A stretch of DNA of 63,964 nucleotides, filler included, from Deltaproteobacteria bacterium (GTDB lineage Bacteria; JAUYMQ01), in NCBI GenBank assembly GCA_030698575.1. It is 8 parts of 8 records of this genome, joined end to end, with 100 filler letters (N's around TTAATTAATTAA, not from the genome) between each part and the next. Parts side by side here need not be neighbours in the genome. Positions count along the whole stretch, not along the records: positions 52,311 to 60,764 come from JAUYMQ010000136.1; positions 60,865 to 63,964 come from JAUYMQ010000151.1; 6 more parts are not named here. One strand, written 5' to 3'. The notes beneath the pieces were generated by a model. It had not been told where the DNA came from, searched no databases, and saw only the letters and a program-made list of their open reading frames with translations. The first letter of the stretch is position 1. Every line of letters begins with the position of its first letter. Positions 56,225 to 63,964 of this stretch are shown piece after piece. The position numbers and the translations under genes are program-made.

Positions 56225-58256
56225 CGACAAGAAGCTCGGTTTGGCGCTCGGCGGCGGAGCCGCGCGCGGATTTGCACATCTGGGCGTGCTGAAGGTCATC
56301 GAGGAAGCGGGACTCGGCATTCACGCCATCGCCGGGACGAGCATCGGCGCCATGGTCGGGGCGCTCTACTCGCAGCTGCTCCACCACCAGCTCGTCTGGG
56401 AGCGATTCGACCGCTTCCTTCAGTCCGAGGCATGGAAGCGCTCGAAGCTGCATTTTCTCCGCGAGTCGAACAGCGTCCGCCGCGTCAGCTTCCTTTATAA
56501 CTTCAAGAACTTCGTCCGTCGCGGACTGATGTACAGCTCGACGGTCACGAAGATGTCGGTGATCCCTGAAAAGGACTTTATCGACGACATCGCCACCATC
56601 GTCGACGACATCGATTTCGCGGAGCTGTCGATTCCCGTCAGCGTGGTGGCGGTGGATCTGAACACCGCCGATCAGGTCTTCATCACCAAAGGTTCCGTCC
56701 GGCGAGCCGTCACCGCGTCGTGCTCCATTCCGGGCGTGTTCCCCCCGATCGATCTCGACGGCATGCGCCTGGTCGACGGCGGGTGGGTGAACATCGTTCC
56801 GGTTGCAGCGCTCCCGGCGCTTGGCGCGGAAGTGCTGATCGCGGTGGACGTGGCCCAGGACGTCTCGGATACGCAGGATCTCAGGCACGGCCTCGATGTG
56901 CTCTTCCGGACGAATGCCATTACGCGGCACCGGCTGAAGGAGCTTCAGCTCAAGCAGGCGGACATCCTCATCCGGCCCCGCGTCGATCACATCCACTGGG
57001 CGGACTTTTCTCGCATGGAAGAAGCTATGGAGCGGGGCGAGGAGGCGGCGCGCCAGGCGCTGCCGCAGATAGAGAGGCTCGTCCGCCCGGACGTTGCCAG
57101 GCAGGCCCCCCCGCCGCCTCCGCTGAGGCGAGAGGGGATTCTCAAACGCCTGCGTGCCGCCGTGACCGGCCCGGGATCGCGCTTCAACGCACAGTTGCTC
57201 TTCGTTTTTCTCCTGGCGGCCCTTGCGTCGGCCTGCGGATCGGCTTCGGAAATGACCCCGGCGAGCGAGACTGCATCTCTCCTGGCGGCGCAGGACGCCT
57301 TCGAGCGCGTCGGTAGCGAAGTGGTGCCGGCGGTGGTGAACATCCAGGCCGAGGGCGTCCATACGCGCGTCCAGGGCCCGGCGGGCGCCGAGAGCGATAT
57401 GGAGTACCGCGGGCCGCGCGACGGCTTCGCGGCCCTCGAAGAATCGGGAATCCAGGGCGGTTCGGGGGTCATCACGAGCGCGGACGGTTACATTCTGACG
57501 AACCAGCACGTCATCGCCGGCGCCCGCCGCATCCGCGTGCGTCTTTCCGACGGGCGCGAGTTTCCAGCCGAGCGGGTGGGAACCGACGTCGTCACCGACC
57601 TGGCGATCATCAAGGTGGATCCCCCGGCGCCACTCACCGTCGCCCGCCTGGGGAACTCTGATGAGGTGCGGCGGGGGCAGTGGGCCATCGCCATCGGCAA
57701 TCCCTTCGGACTTGATCACACCCTGACGGTCGGTGTCATTTCGGCGACGGCGCGATCGAACATCGGCCTCGACAGCTACGAAGACTTCATCCAGACCGAC
57801 GCCGCAATCAACCCGGGCAACTCCGGCGGCCCTTTGGTGGACATCAACGGTCTGGTCATCGGAATCAACAACGCCGTGGTCGCGCCGGGCCAGGGCATCG
57901 GCTTCGCCATCCCGATCAACCTCGCCAAAGAGGTGCAGACGCAACTTGTCGCCAAGGGCCGGGTGACGCGCGGGTGGCTCGGGGTCGAGGTCCGGCGCTC
58001 CGTCGGCCTCGGCTTGCCCGATCAGGGCGGGCTCTTCATCGAGGCGGTTCACGATGGGAGCCCCGCCCAGAGCGCCGGCATCAGGCAGGGCGACGTCCTG
58101 CGTAATTATGGGGATCGGAAAATTTCCAACGTGCAGTCCCTCCAGCGCCTCGTGGCCCACACGCCCGTCGGCTCCCAGGTCGATCTGACCATCGAGCGGC
58201 GGGGCGAGGTCATGCAGGTCCCCGTCGTCATCGCGACGCGGGCATCCGATGGGTAG
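56217..58256 (+). CDS. Patatin-like phospholipase fused in frame to an HtrA/DegP-type serine protease with one PDZ domain
   Basis: GGGAARG, GTSIG, DGG; internal hydrophobic segment ending LASAC; TNQHV, TDLA, INPGNSGG, PDZ. Confidence 0.85.
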   Translation: MSDDKKLGLALGGGAARGFAHLGVLKVIEEAGLGIHAIAGTSIGAMVGALYSQLLHHQLVWERFDRFLQSEAWKRSKLHFLRESNSVRRVSFLYNFKNFVRRGLMYSSTVTKMSVIPEKDFIDDIATIVDDIDFAELSIPVSVVAVDLNTADQVFITKGSVRRAVTASCSIPGVFPPIDLDGMRLVDGGWVNIVPVAALPALGAEVLIAVDVAQDVSDTQDLRHGLDVLFRTNAITRHRLKELQLKQADILIRPRVDHIHWADFSRMEEAMERGEEAARQALPQIERLVRPDVARQAPPPPPLRREGILKRLRAAVTGPGSRFNAQLLFVFLLAALASACGSASEMTPASETASLLAAQDAFERVGSEVVPAVVNIQAEGVHTRVQGPAGAESDMEYRGPRDGFAALEESGIQGGSGVITSADGYILTNQHVIAGARRIRVRLSDGREFPAERVGTDVVTDLAIIKVDPPAPLTVARLGNSDEVRRGQWAIAIGNPFGLDHTLTVGVISATARSNIGLDSYEDFIQTDAAINPGNSGGPLVDINGLVIGINNAVVAPGQGIGFAIPINLAKEVQTQLVAKGRVTRGWLGVEVRRSVGLGLPDQGGLFIEAVHDGSPAQSAGIRQGDVLRNYGDRKISNVQSLQRLVAHTPVGSQVDLTIERRGEVMQVPVVIATRASDG

Positions 58257-58262
58257 AGCGAG

Positions 58263-58529
58263 ATGAGGATGATTGACACACCCGAAGAGGCCACCCGGCT
58301 GGCCCGCGCGATCCTCTCTGACATCCGGGTTTACAACGAGCAGAAGATCCGAAAGGGCATCGAGGACGACACGGTGCTCGATCTGCTCGCGGAGGAGATC
58401 GAAGAGGGGCGCCGTCACTACCGGAGCCGCATCTCGCTGAGCCTGGCGGGGCGGACGAACTATTACAATCTTGCAATCGTCGACGTGCTGATCTACCAGA
58501 GCCGCAACGTTCGATCGAAGATCTGGTGA
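58263..58529 (+). CDS. Conserved hypothetical protein
   Basis: EATRLARAILSDIRVYN helix motif; translationally coupled to the RluA-family gene. Confidence 0.75.
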   Translation: MRMIDTPEEATRLARAILSDIRVYNEQKIRKGIEDDTVLDLLAEEIEEGRRHYRSRISLSLAGRTNYYNLAIVDVLIYQSRNVRSKIW

Positions 58530-59530
58530 CCATCCCGGGTAGAAAGCGCCTCCGCGTAAAGCCCCCGGACGCCGATCAGCGGCTCGATGTCTTTCTGGCG
58601 GCCGCCGTTCCTGATCTGTCCCGGAGCCGCGTACAGCGGCTAATCCGGGAGGGGAAGATACGCGTTGACGGCAAGGCGCCCCGCTCCTCCGACTCGACGC
58701 GTGCGGGAAGCGTGATCGAGGTCGAGCTGCCGCCGCCTGCGCCGTCGTCAGCGCTGCCCGAGGACATTCCCCTCACGGTGGTCTTCGAAGACGCCTCGCT
58801 CATCGTTGTGGTCAAGCCGGCCGGTCTCGTGGTCCATCCGGCCGCCGGGCATGCCCGGGGAACGCTGGTCAACGCGCTCCTTCACCATTGCCGCGACCTC
58901 TCGGGCATCGGTGGAGTGCTTCGCCCCGGCATCGTCCACCGAATGGACAAGGGGACGAGCGGCCTGCTTGTCGCCGCCAAGAGCGATCGCGCCCATGCAA
59001 GCCTCGCGGGGCAGTTCAAGGAGCACACGGTCGACCGCGAGTATCTGGCCATCGTCTGGGGGCGGTTTCGTGATCAGAGCGGGCGCTATGATCAGCCCGT
59101 GGGTCGGCATCCCCGGGACAGGAAGCGCATGAGCGTGACGAGCCGCCGGGGGAAGGAGGCCGCGACGCTCTACCGTGTCGAGAGTGAGGCTGCGGGAATG
59201 ACCCTCCTCCGGCTGAAGTTGCTCACGGGGCGGACGCATCAGATCCGCGTCCACCTGTCGTCGGCGGGGCATCCGGTGCTGGGCGACCCGACCTACGGCG
59301 GCGCGACTTCCCGGGGGGCGGCCGCGCTGCCGGCGTTGAGGCCCATTGTCCGCGGGCTCGGGCGCCCGGCCCTGCACGCGACCGTTCTGGGCTTCGATCA
59401 CCCCGAGACTGCAAAGCGGTTCAGATTCGAATCTCCGCTCCCGCCGGATCTGAGAGAGGTCTGGGGGCGGCTCGAGGCGCTCCAGGGGGGGCTTCAGGGT
59501 GGTTCAAGTTTTTCACGAGGGCCCCGATAA
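58526..59530 (+). CDS. rluD: 23S rRNA pseudouridine synthase (RluA family with S4 domain)
   Basis: RLDVFL...SRSRVQRLI, KPAGLVVHP, HRMDKGTSG, TGRTHQIRVH, GDPTYG. Confidence 0.92.
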   Translation: MTIPGRKRLRVKPPDADQRLDVFLAAAVPDLSRSRVQRLIREGKIRVDGKAPRSSDSTRAGSVIEVELPPPAPSSALPEDIPLTVVFEDASLIVVVKPAGLVVHPAAGHARGTLVNALLHHCRDLSGIGGVLRPGIVHRMDKGTSGLLVAAKSDRAHASLAGQFKEHTVDREYLAIVWGRFRDQSGRYDQPVGRHPRDRKRMSVTSRRGKEAATLYRVESEAAGMTLLRLKLLTGRTHQIRVHLSSAGHPVLGDPTYGGATSRGAAALPALRPIVRGLGRPALHATVLGFDHPETAKRFRFESPLPPDLREVWGRLEALQGGLQGGSSFSRGPR

Positions 59531-59545
59531 GTCTCAACAAATACC

Positions 59546-59957
59546 TTGACAGGCCAGGGGGGCTGCGTTACTTAGCTCAAAGACCTACGAAAATCCGCCA
59601 CGTCAGCCTTTCCCCTGGCAGATCCAAAACAAGCAACCTTAATCCACTTTCCTAGCTTGGTGCGTTCATCAACAAGCCCGCGATCGGAGAAAGGCCGCCG
59701 CGGCGACCGGGAAGGAACCCACGCCGTCCAGGCACCCTGATGACGAATCCCAACCAGTTTCGTCGGACCTTCCCGAATCGCCGGAGCCATTTCCGAGCGT
59801 AAAGACACCCCCCGCGATCAATCCCAGCGCGATCGTTTGTAAGGAGCCGACCCAGCACGTTCCCTTCTTCCGTGACCCCTTCATCCAGAAGGGGCCCGCA
59901 TACCTCCGAACCCGCTTTGGCTCTGCGGGGCGGGGACACTAGCAGGCAGGAGCAGAG
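59546..59957 (+). promoter_or_regulatory. rho promoter and long C-rich leader
   Basis: TTGACA at 59546-59551 with a weak -10; about 380-nt leader; 27 C versus 9 G in 59581-59652; in-frame stop at 59940 excludes an N-terminal extension. Confidence 0.55.
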
Positions 59958-60764
59958 ATGAATCTGAAGGAGCTCAAGGAAAAGAAGATCAGCGAACTGA
60001 CCGCCATGGCGCGCGACCTGAAGGTCGAAGGCGCCGGCGGCTTGCGAAAGCAGGATTTGATTTTTGCAATTCTGCAGGCGCAGGCCGAGAAGGAAGGGCT
60101 GATCTATGGCGAGGGGGTCCTCGAGATACTCCCGGATGGCTTCGGCTTCCTGAGAGCGCCCGACTACAACTACCTGCCTGGTCCCGACGACATTTACGTG
60201 AGCCCTTCCCAGATCCGACGCTTCAACCTGCGCACCGGCGACACGGTGGCGGGGCAGATCCGGCCTCCCAAGGAGGCGGAGCGCTACTTCGCGCTCCTCA
60301 AGGTCGAGGCGCTCAACTATGAAGAGACCGAAGCTTCTCGCGACAAGATCCTCTTCGACAACCTGACGCCGCTCTATCCGCAGGAGCGGTTAGTCCTCGA
60401 ATACGAGCCGAAAAACTTCTCGACGCGGGCGCTCGACATGATGACGCCCATCGGGAAGGGACAGCGCGGGCTCATCGTGGCGCCGCCCCGAACCGGAAAG
60501 ACGATGATGCTTCAGGCCATCGCCAATGCCATCACGAGGAACCACAAGGAAGTGATCCTCATCGTGCTGCTCATCGACGAGCGGCCGGAGGAAGTGACCG
60601 ACATGGAGCGCCACGTGGACGGCGAGGTCATCAGCTCGACCTTCGACGAGCCGCCGACGCGGCACGTCCAGGTGGCCGAGATGTTCATCGAGTAGGCGAA
60701 GCGCCTCGTCGAGCACAAGCGCGACGTGGTCGTTCTGCTCGACTCCATTACGCGCCTCGCGCGG
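59958..60764 (+). CDS. rho: Transcription termination factor Rho (3' truncated; in-frame TAG at 60693-60695)
   Basis: [47 protein letters not shown]; frame resumes [23 protein letters not shown] after the TAG. Confidence 0.97.
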
Positions 60765-60864
60765 NNNNNNNNNNNNNNNNNNNNNNNNNNNNNNNNNNNN
60801 NNNNNNNNTTAATTAATTAANNNNNNNNNNNNNNNNNNNNNNNNNNNNNNNNNNNNNNNNNNNN
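60765..60864. other. Artificial contig linker
   Basis: N run with TTAATTAATTAA. Confidence 0.99.
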
Positions 60865-60866
60865 CG

Positions 60867-63809
60867 CTGGCGGCGCTGCTCGGCGGCGAGGGAACACCTT
60901 CGGGCGAGCGTGCGCGTGCGCTGGCGATCCTGCGCGTCGCCGCGCGAAGCCTGAAGGTGATGCGAACGCACGGCCTCGGGAGGGCCTCCCTGCGTTTCGC
61001 TAGCGCGGCCGAGGCGCTCGAGCGCAATCCCCAGCAGGCGCTTCCCGCGCGCGCCGTTCTTGTCCACGGCTTCGCCGACGCGACAGGAGGGGCCACGCGG
61101 CTCATCGAGGCGCTGCTCAGGAACCAGGCGGCCCAGATCATCCTCGATCATCCCCCCGATCCGTGCGCGGCCGGCCGCCCCGATGCCGGCACCGCCTTTA
61201 CCGACCGATTTCGGGGAAATCTCGCGCTCATCGCGCCGATCACCGAGGCGCCCGCTGAGCCGCCGGCCGCAGGAGAGCCGGCCGTCCGGATCGACCTTCT
61301 GAATGCGCCGGGCGCGCACGTGGAAACCCGCGCGGTCGGATTGCGCGTCCGGAAACTCCTTGACGATCAGGCGCGGCCCGAGGGAATCGCGCTCGTGTCC
61401 CGGCAGATCGACGGCTATCGCGTTCCCATCCGCACGCACTTCTCGCGACTCGGAATCCCCTTCTCGGGGCTCGGCGCCGCCGGATCGCCCGGCCCGGTCG
61501 AGCACCGCGCCCGAGCACTTCTCGCGGTTCTCGAGCGGCGCGCCGATGCGCCCGTGGATCGCTGGCTCGACACCGCCGGCCCCCGCGTCCTCGCCGGCGC
61601 CTCGGGCGAGAGCGCGCTCCCGTCGCTGACGGACGCCAGGCGTGGGGATCTCCGCCTCGCGCTCCACGCCCAGGGGGTGGCGCGCGTGGCCGACGCCGCC
61701 GAACTCGATCTCGAAGCGCTCTCGCTCGAAGGAAGCAGCGTGCCCCTGCCCGTGCGCCGCGGTCTGGCGCTGGGCAACGACACGGAGGACGGCGAGCCCG
61801 CGCGCTTCGCGCCGCGGCGGACGCTCTCCACGGCGATTCTGCGCGCCGCCGCGCGATCGGCGGCTTCGCTCTGCAAAGCCCTCGAAGCCTGGCCCGAGCA
61901 CGCTCCCTTGACGGATCACTTCGCCTGGCTCAAAGGGCTGCTCGCGGAGACGCTTCGCTTCGGCGGAGCCGACGACGACGCCGGCGCCCGCCTCCTCGAG
62001 CGGATTGACGAGCAAGCGGGATCCCTTCCCCGCGCCTTCCCCGCCTCGCGCGAGGACTTCGCGCTGCTCCTCCGGCTCGAGTTCGAGCGCGCGCCCGCCG
62101 AGCCCGTCGGAGGAGAGGGCGCCGGCGTCCAGCTCCTCACGGTGGTCGAGGCGCGGGCGCGCACCTTCGATCATCTCTTCCTTCTCGGCATGAACCGGGA
62201 CGTCTTCCCGCGCATCGTCCTCGAGGACCCACTCCTCCCGGATCGCCTGCGGAGCGAGATGCTGGCGCTGCTGCCGAGCCTTCCGATTAAGGCGCGGGGT
62301 TTCGACGAGGAGCGCTACCTCTTCGCCACGCTCCTCTCGGCGGCGCAGGCCGCCACGCTCTCCTGGGAACGGGTGACCGACGAGGGAAAGGCGCGCACGC
62401 CTTCGCCCTTCGTCGAGCGCCTGCGCTGGGCCGATCCCGACCTCCCCCTAGTCGAGGCGCCGTCACTGCAGGCACTGGTTCCCCCGGAAGAACCCCGCGT
62501 GGCTCGGCCCGCGCACGAGCACGCGCTGCTCGCGGGACTTCACGGCGGACGCGCGCGCTTCAAGGGCGCCTTCGTCGAGGCGGTGAAGGCAGCGGCCGCG
62601 GAGAACGGAGAGGCCCCTCTCCCAGTCGATCCCGGCGCGCTCGCCACCGCCCGGCTGGCGGTCCTTGCCGAACTCGATCCCCCCTACGGATCCCCGGCGC
62701 GAGCGTCCCTCGGCCCCTACCACGGCTTCGTCGGCGCGCGTATCGCGAAGACGGACTTTCGCGTGGAGACCCCCTACGTCACGAACGTCGAGCAGCTGGC
62801 GCTGTGCCCCTGGCAGGCGCTGCTCACGGAGATCCTCCGCATCGAGTCGCCTCCCGACGCACCGGGCGCGATCCCGGAGATCGACATCCTTCTCGTGGGG
62901 AAGGTCGTGCACGGGGCGCTCGAGCGCATCACCCGCCCCGCACTCGGCGAGGCCCGGGCCGATCTCGCGGCCGCGATCGCGCGCGGCCCCGTCTCCGTCG
63001 CCTGGCCCGAAGCCGGGGCGCTGGAAGAAATTCTTCTGGCCGCCGCGCGAGAGGCGCTCCTGGCGGAAGGCATCGGCCACGCGGGGCTGGCGCCCATTCT
63101 CGCCGCGCGCGCGCGTGGCTACGTCGAGAGGGCCGGGGCGCTCGACTGGACGGATGGCGCGTTGCAGGTGCTCGGCGCCGAGATCTCCGGCAAAGCCGTC
63201 GTCGCGGACCGGCTCGGCCGAAGCCGAACGCTCGGCTTCCGTGCCGACCGCGTCGATCTCGCGGGAGGGCGCATCAGGCTCACGGATTACAAGACCGGCA
63301 AGCCGTTCATCAAGACCAAGAAGGAAGCCACCCAGCGCCGGGACTTCCTCGCGGCAATCCGTCGCGGCAAGAGCCTCCAGGCCGTGGCCTACACCCTGGG
63401 GCTGGGAGAGCATGCGGGGGACGGCCGCTATCTCTTCCTCGACCCCGACCTGGAGAAAGCGCACCAAGTCTTCGAAGCCTCCAAGGGTGATCCGGATCTC
63501 GAAGCGGCATTCCGGCATGCGCTCGAGGCCGTCCTCCGGGCGTGGGACGCCGGCGCCTTCTTTCCCCGGCTCGTCGCGCCCGGACGGGAGGGGGAGCCGG
63601 AGGCGTGCGGGTACTGTGGCGTCCGGCAGGCCTGCCTGCGCGGCGACACCGGCGCGGAGATGCGCCTCGAGGGGTGGATGCAAGCCTTCGACCCCGCGGC
63701 GCTCCCCTCCGGCACTGCGCGCGAGGCGGCCGAGGCGATGGCAGCCCTCTGGCGTCTCCATGAGACCGACGCCGGCGAACCCGCGGCCGACGAGGGAGGT
63801 GAGCCGTGA
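60867..63809 (+). CDS. AddB-like inactive helicase / PD-(D/E)XK nuclease (5' truncated)
   Basis: EERYLF, CPW, GKVVH, RADRVD, DYKTG, QAVAY, CGYC...C (four Cys for an Fe-S staple). Confidence 0.85.
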   Translation: MAALLGGEGTPSGERARALAILRVAARSLKVMRTHGLGRASLRFASAAEALERNPQQALPARAVLVHGFADATGGATRLIEALLRNQAAQIILDHPPDPCAAGRPDAGTAFTDRFRGNLALIAPITEAPAEPPAAGEPAVRIDLLNAPGAHVETRAVGLRVRKLLDDQARPEGIALVSRQIDGYRVPIRTHFSRLGIPFSGLGAAGSPGPVEHRARALLAVLERRADAPVDRWLDTAGPRVLAGASGESALPSLTDARRGDLRLALHAQGVARVADAAELDLEALSLEGSSVPLPVRRGLALGNDTEDGEPARFAPRRTLSTAILRAAARSAASLCKALEAWPEHAPLTDHFAWLKGLLAETLRFGGADDDAGARLLERIDEQAGSLPRAFPASREDFALLLRLEFERAPAEPVGGEGAGVQLLTVVEARARTFDHLFLLGMNRDVFPRIVLEDPLLPDRLRSEMLALLPSLPIKARGFDEERYLFATLLSAAQAATLSWERVTDEGKARTPSPFVERLRWADPDLPLVEAPSLQALVPPEEPRVARPAHEHALLAGLHGGRARFKGAFVEAVKAAAAENGEAPLPVDPGALATARLAVLAELDPPYGSPARASLGPYHGFVGARIAKTDFRVETPYVTNVEQLALCPWQALLTEILRIESPPDAPGAIPEIDILLVGKVVHGALERITRPALGEARADLAAAIARGPVSVAWPEAGALEEILLAAAREALLAEGIGHAGLAPILAARARGYVERAGALDWTDGALQVLGAEISGKAVVADRLGRSRTLGFRADRVDLAGGRIRLTDYKTGKPFIKTKKEATQRRDFLAAIRRGKSLQAVAYTLGLGEHAGDGRYLFLDPDLEKAHQVFEASKGDPDLEAAFRHALEAVLRAWDAGAFFPRLVAPGREGEPEACGYCGVRQACLRGDTGAEMRLEGWMQAFDPAALPSGTAREAAEAMAALWRLHETDAGEPAADEGGEP

Positions 63810-63964
63810 GCGAGCAAGACTGGAAACAGGCCCGGCTGGATGACCAGGCGGCACGCGAGGCGGCTCAGCGGATCTTCGACAAACCGCTCGCCCTCGAAGC
63901 CGGGGCGGGGACGGGGAAGACCACCGCCCTCGTTGCGCGCATTGTCAGCTGGGCCCTCGGCCCG
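63806..63964 (+). CDS. AddA/UvrD-like helicase, N-terminus (truncated at window end)
   Basis: GGAGG RBS, GTG overlapping the upstream TGA, ALEAGAGTGKTTALVARI. Confidence 0.85.
   Translation, partial: MSEQDWKQARLDDQAAREAAQRIFDKPLALEAGAGTGKTTALVARIVSWALGP

Noticed and set aside
60693-60695. Alternative genetic code or pyrrolysine recoding
   Set aside because: TAG ends many intact genes in this window (e.g. 668, 4204, 10945); this is a single case near a contig end
17330-60864. Seven repeated TTAATTAATTAA motifs inside N runs
   Set aside because: Artificial all-frame-stop contig linkers; not biological repeats, and no synteny can be inferred across them
60867-63809. Fe-S PD-(D/E)XK nuclease as Cas4
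   Set aside because: Fused to a long helicase-like region and coupled to an AddA/UvrD gene; no cas genes or CRISPR array in the window

Overview
High-GC bacterial DNA, apparently from a metagenome-assembled genome (gene content suggests a deltaproteobacterium sensu lato, by inference). It consists of eight contigs joined by artificial 100-nt N/TTAATTAATTAA linkers, so adjacency across linkers is meaningless. Contents: (1) M16 peptidase, multi-PAS kinase, PrsR/NtrC-like sigma54 activator, two small RHH-like paralogues, GT-C membrane protein, GH5 hydrolase, AAA ATPase, pstSCAB-phoU; (2) VIT1 transporter, sulfotransferase and a TetR-linked acyl-CoA catabolic cluster; (3) alternative complex III actE/actF, TPR protein, M50-CBS protease, Mcd-like dehydrogenase; (4) sugar-modification genes; (5) a low-GC UDG-like gene and large NAD-glutamate dehydrogenase; (6) a sigma54 two-component system next to a Cys-rich IPTL-CTERM protein; (7) rng, GntR, HNH, MinD-like ATPase, patatin-HtrA fusion, rluD, rho; (8) addB/addA-like genes. 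Best novelty candidate: an unannotated ~300-nt highly structured RNA (about 4453-4753) with GGA hairpin loops. It lies behind an enhancer palindrome and a sigma54 promoter, directly downstream of the sigma54 activator, and ahead of the two RHH-like genes. Also notable: an integron-cassette-like insert with a truncated attC that splits an epoxide hydrolase gene, the patatin-HtrA fusion, and an in-frame TAG in rho. All calls come from reading motifs by eye; no database searches were run.
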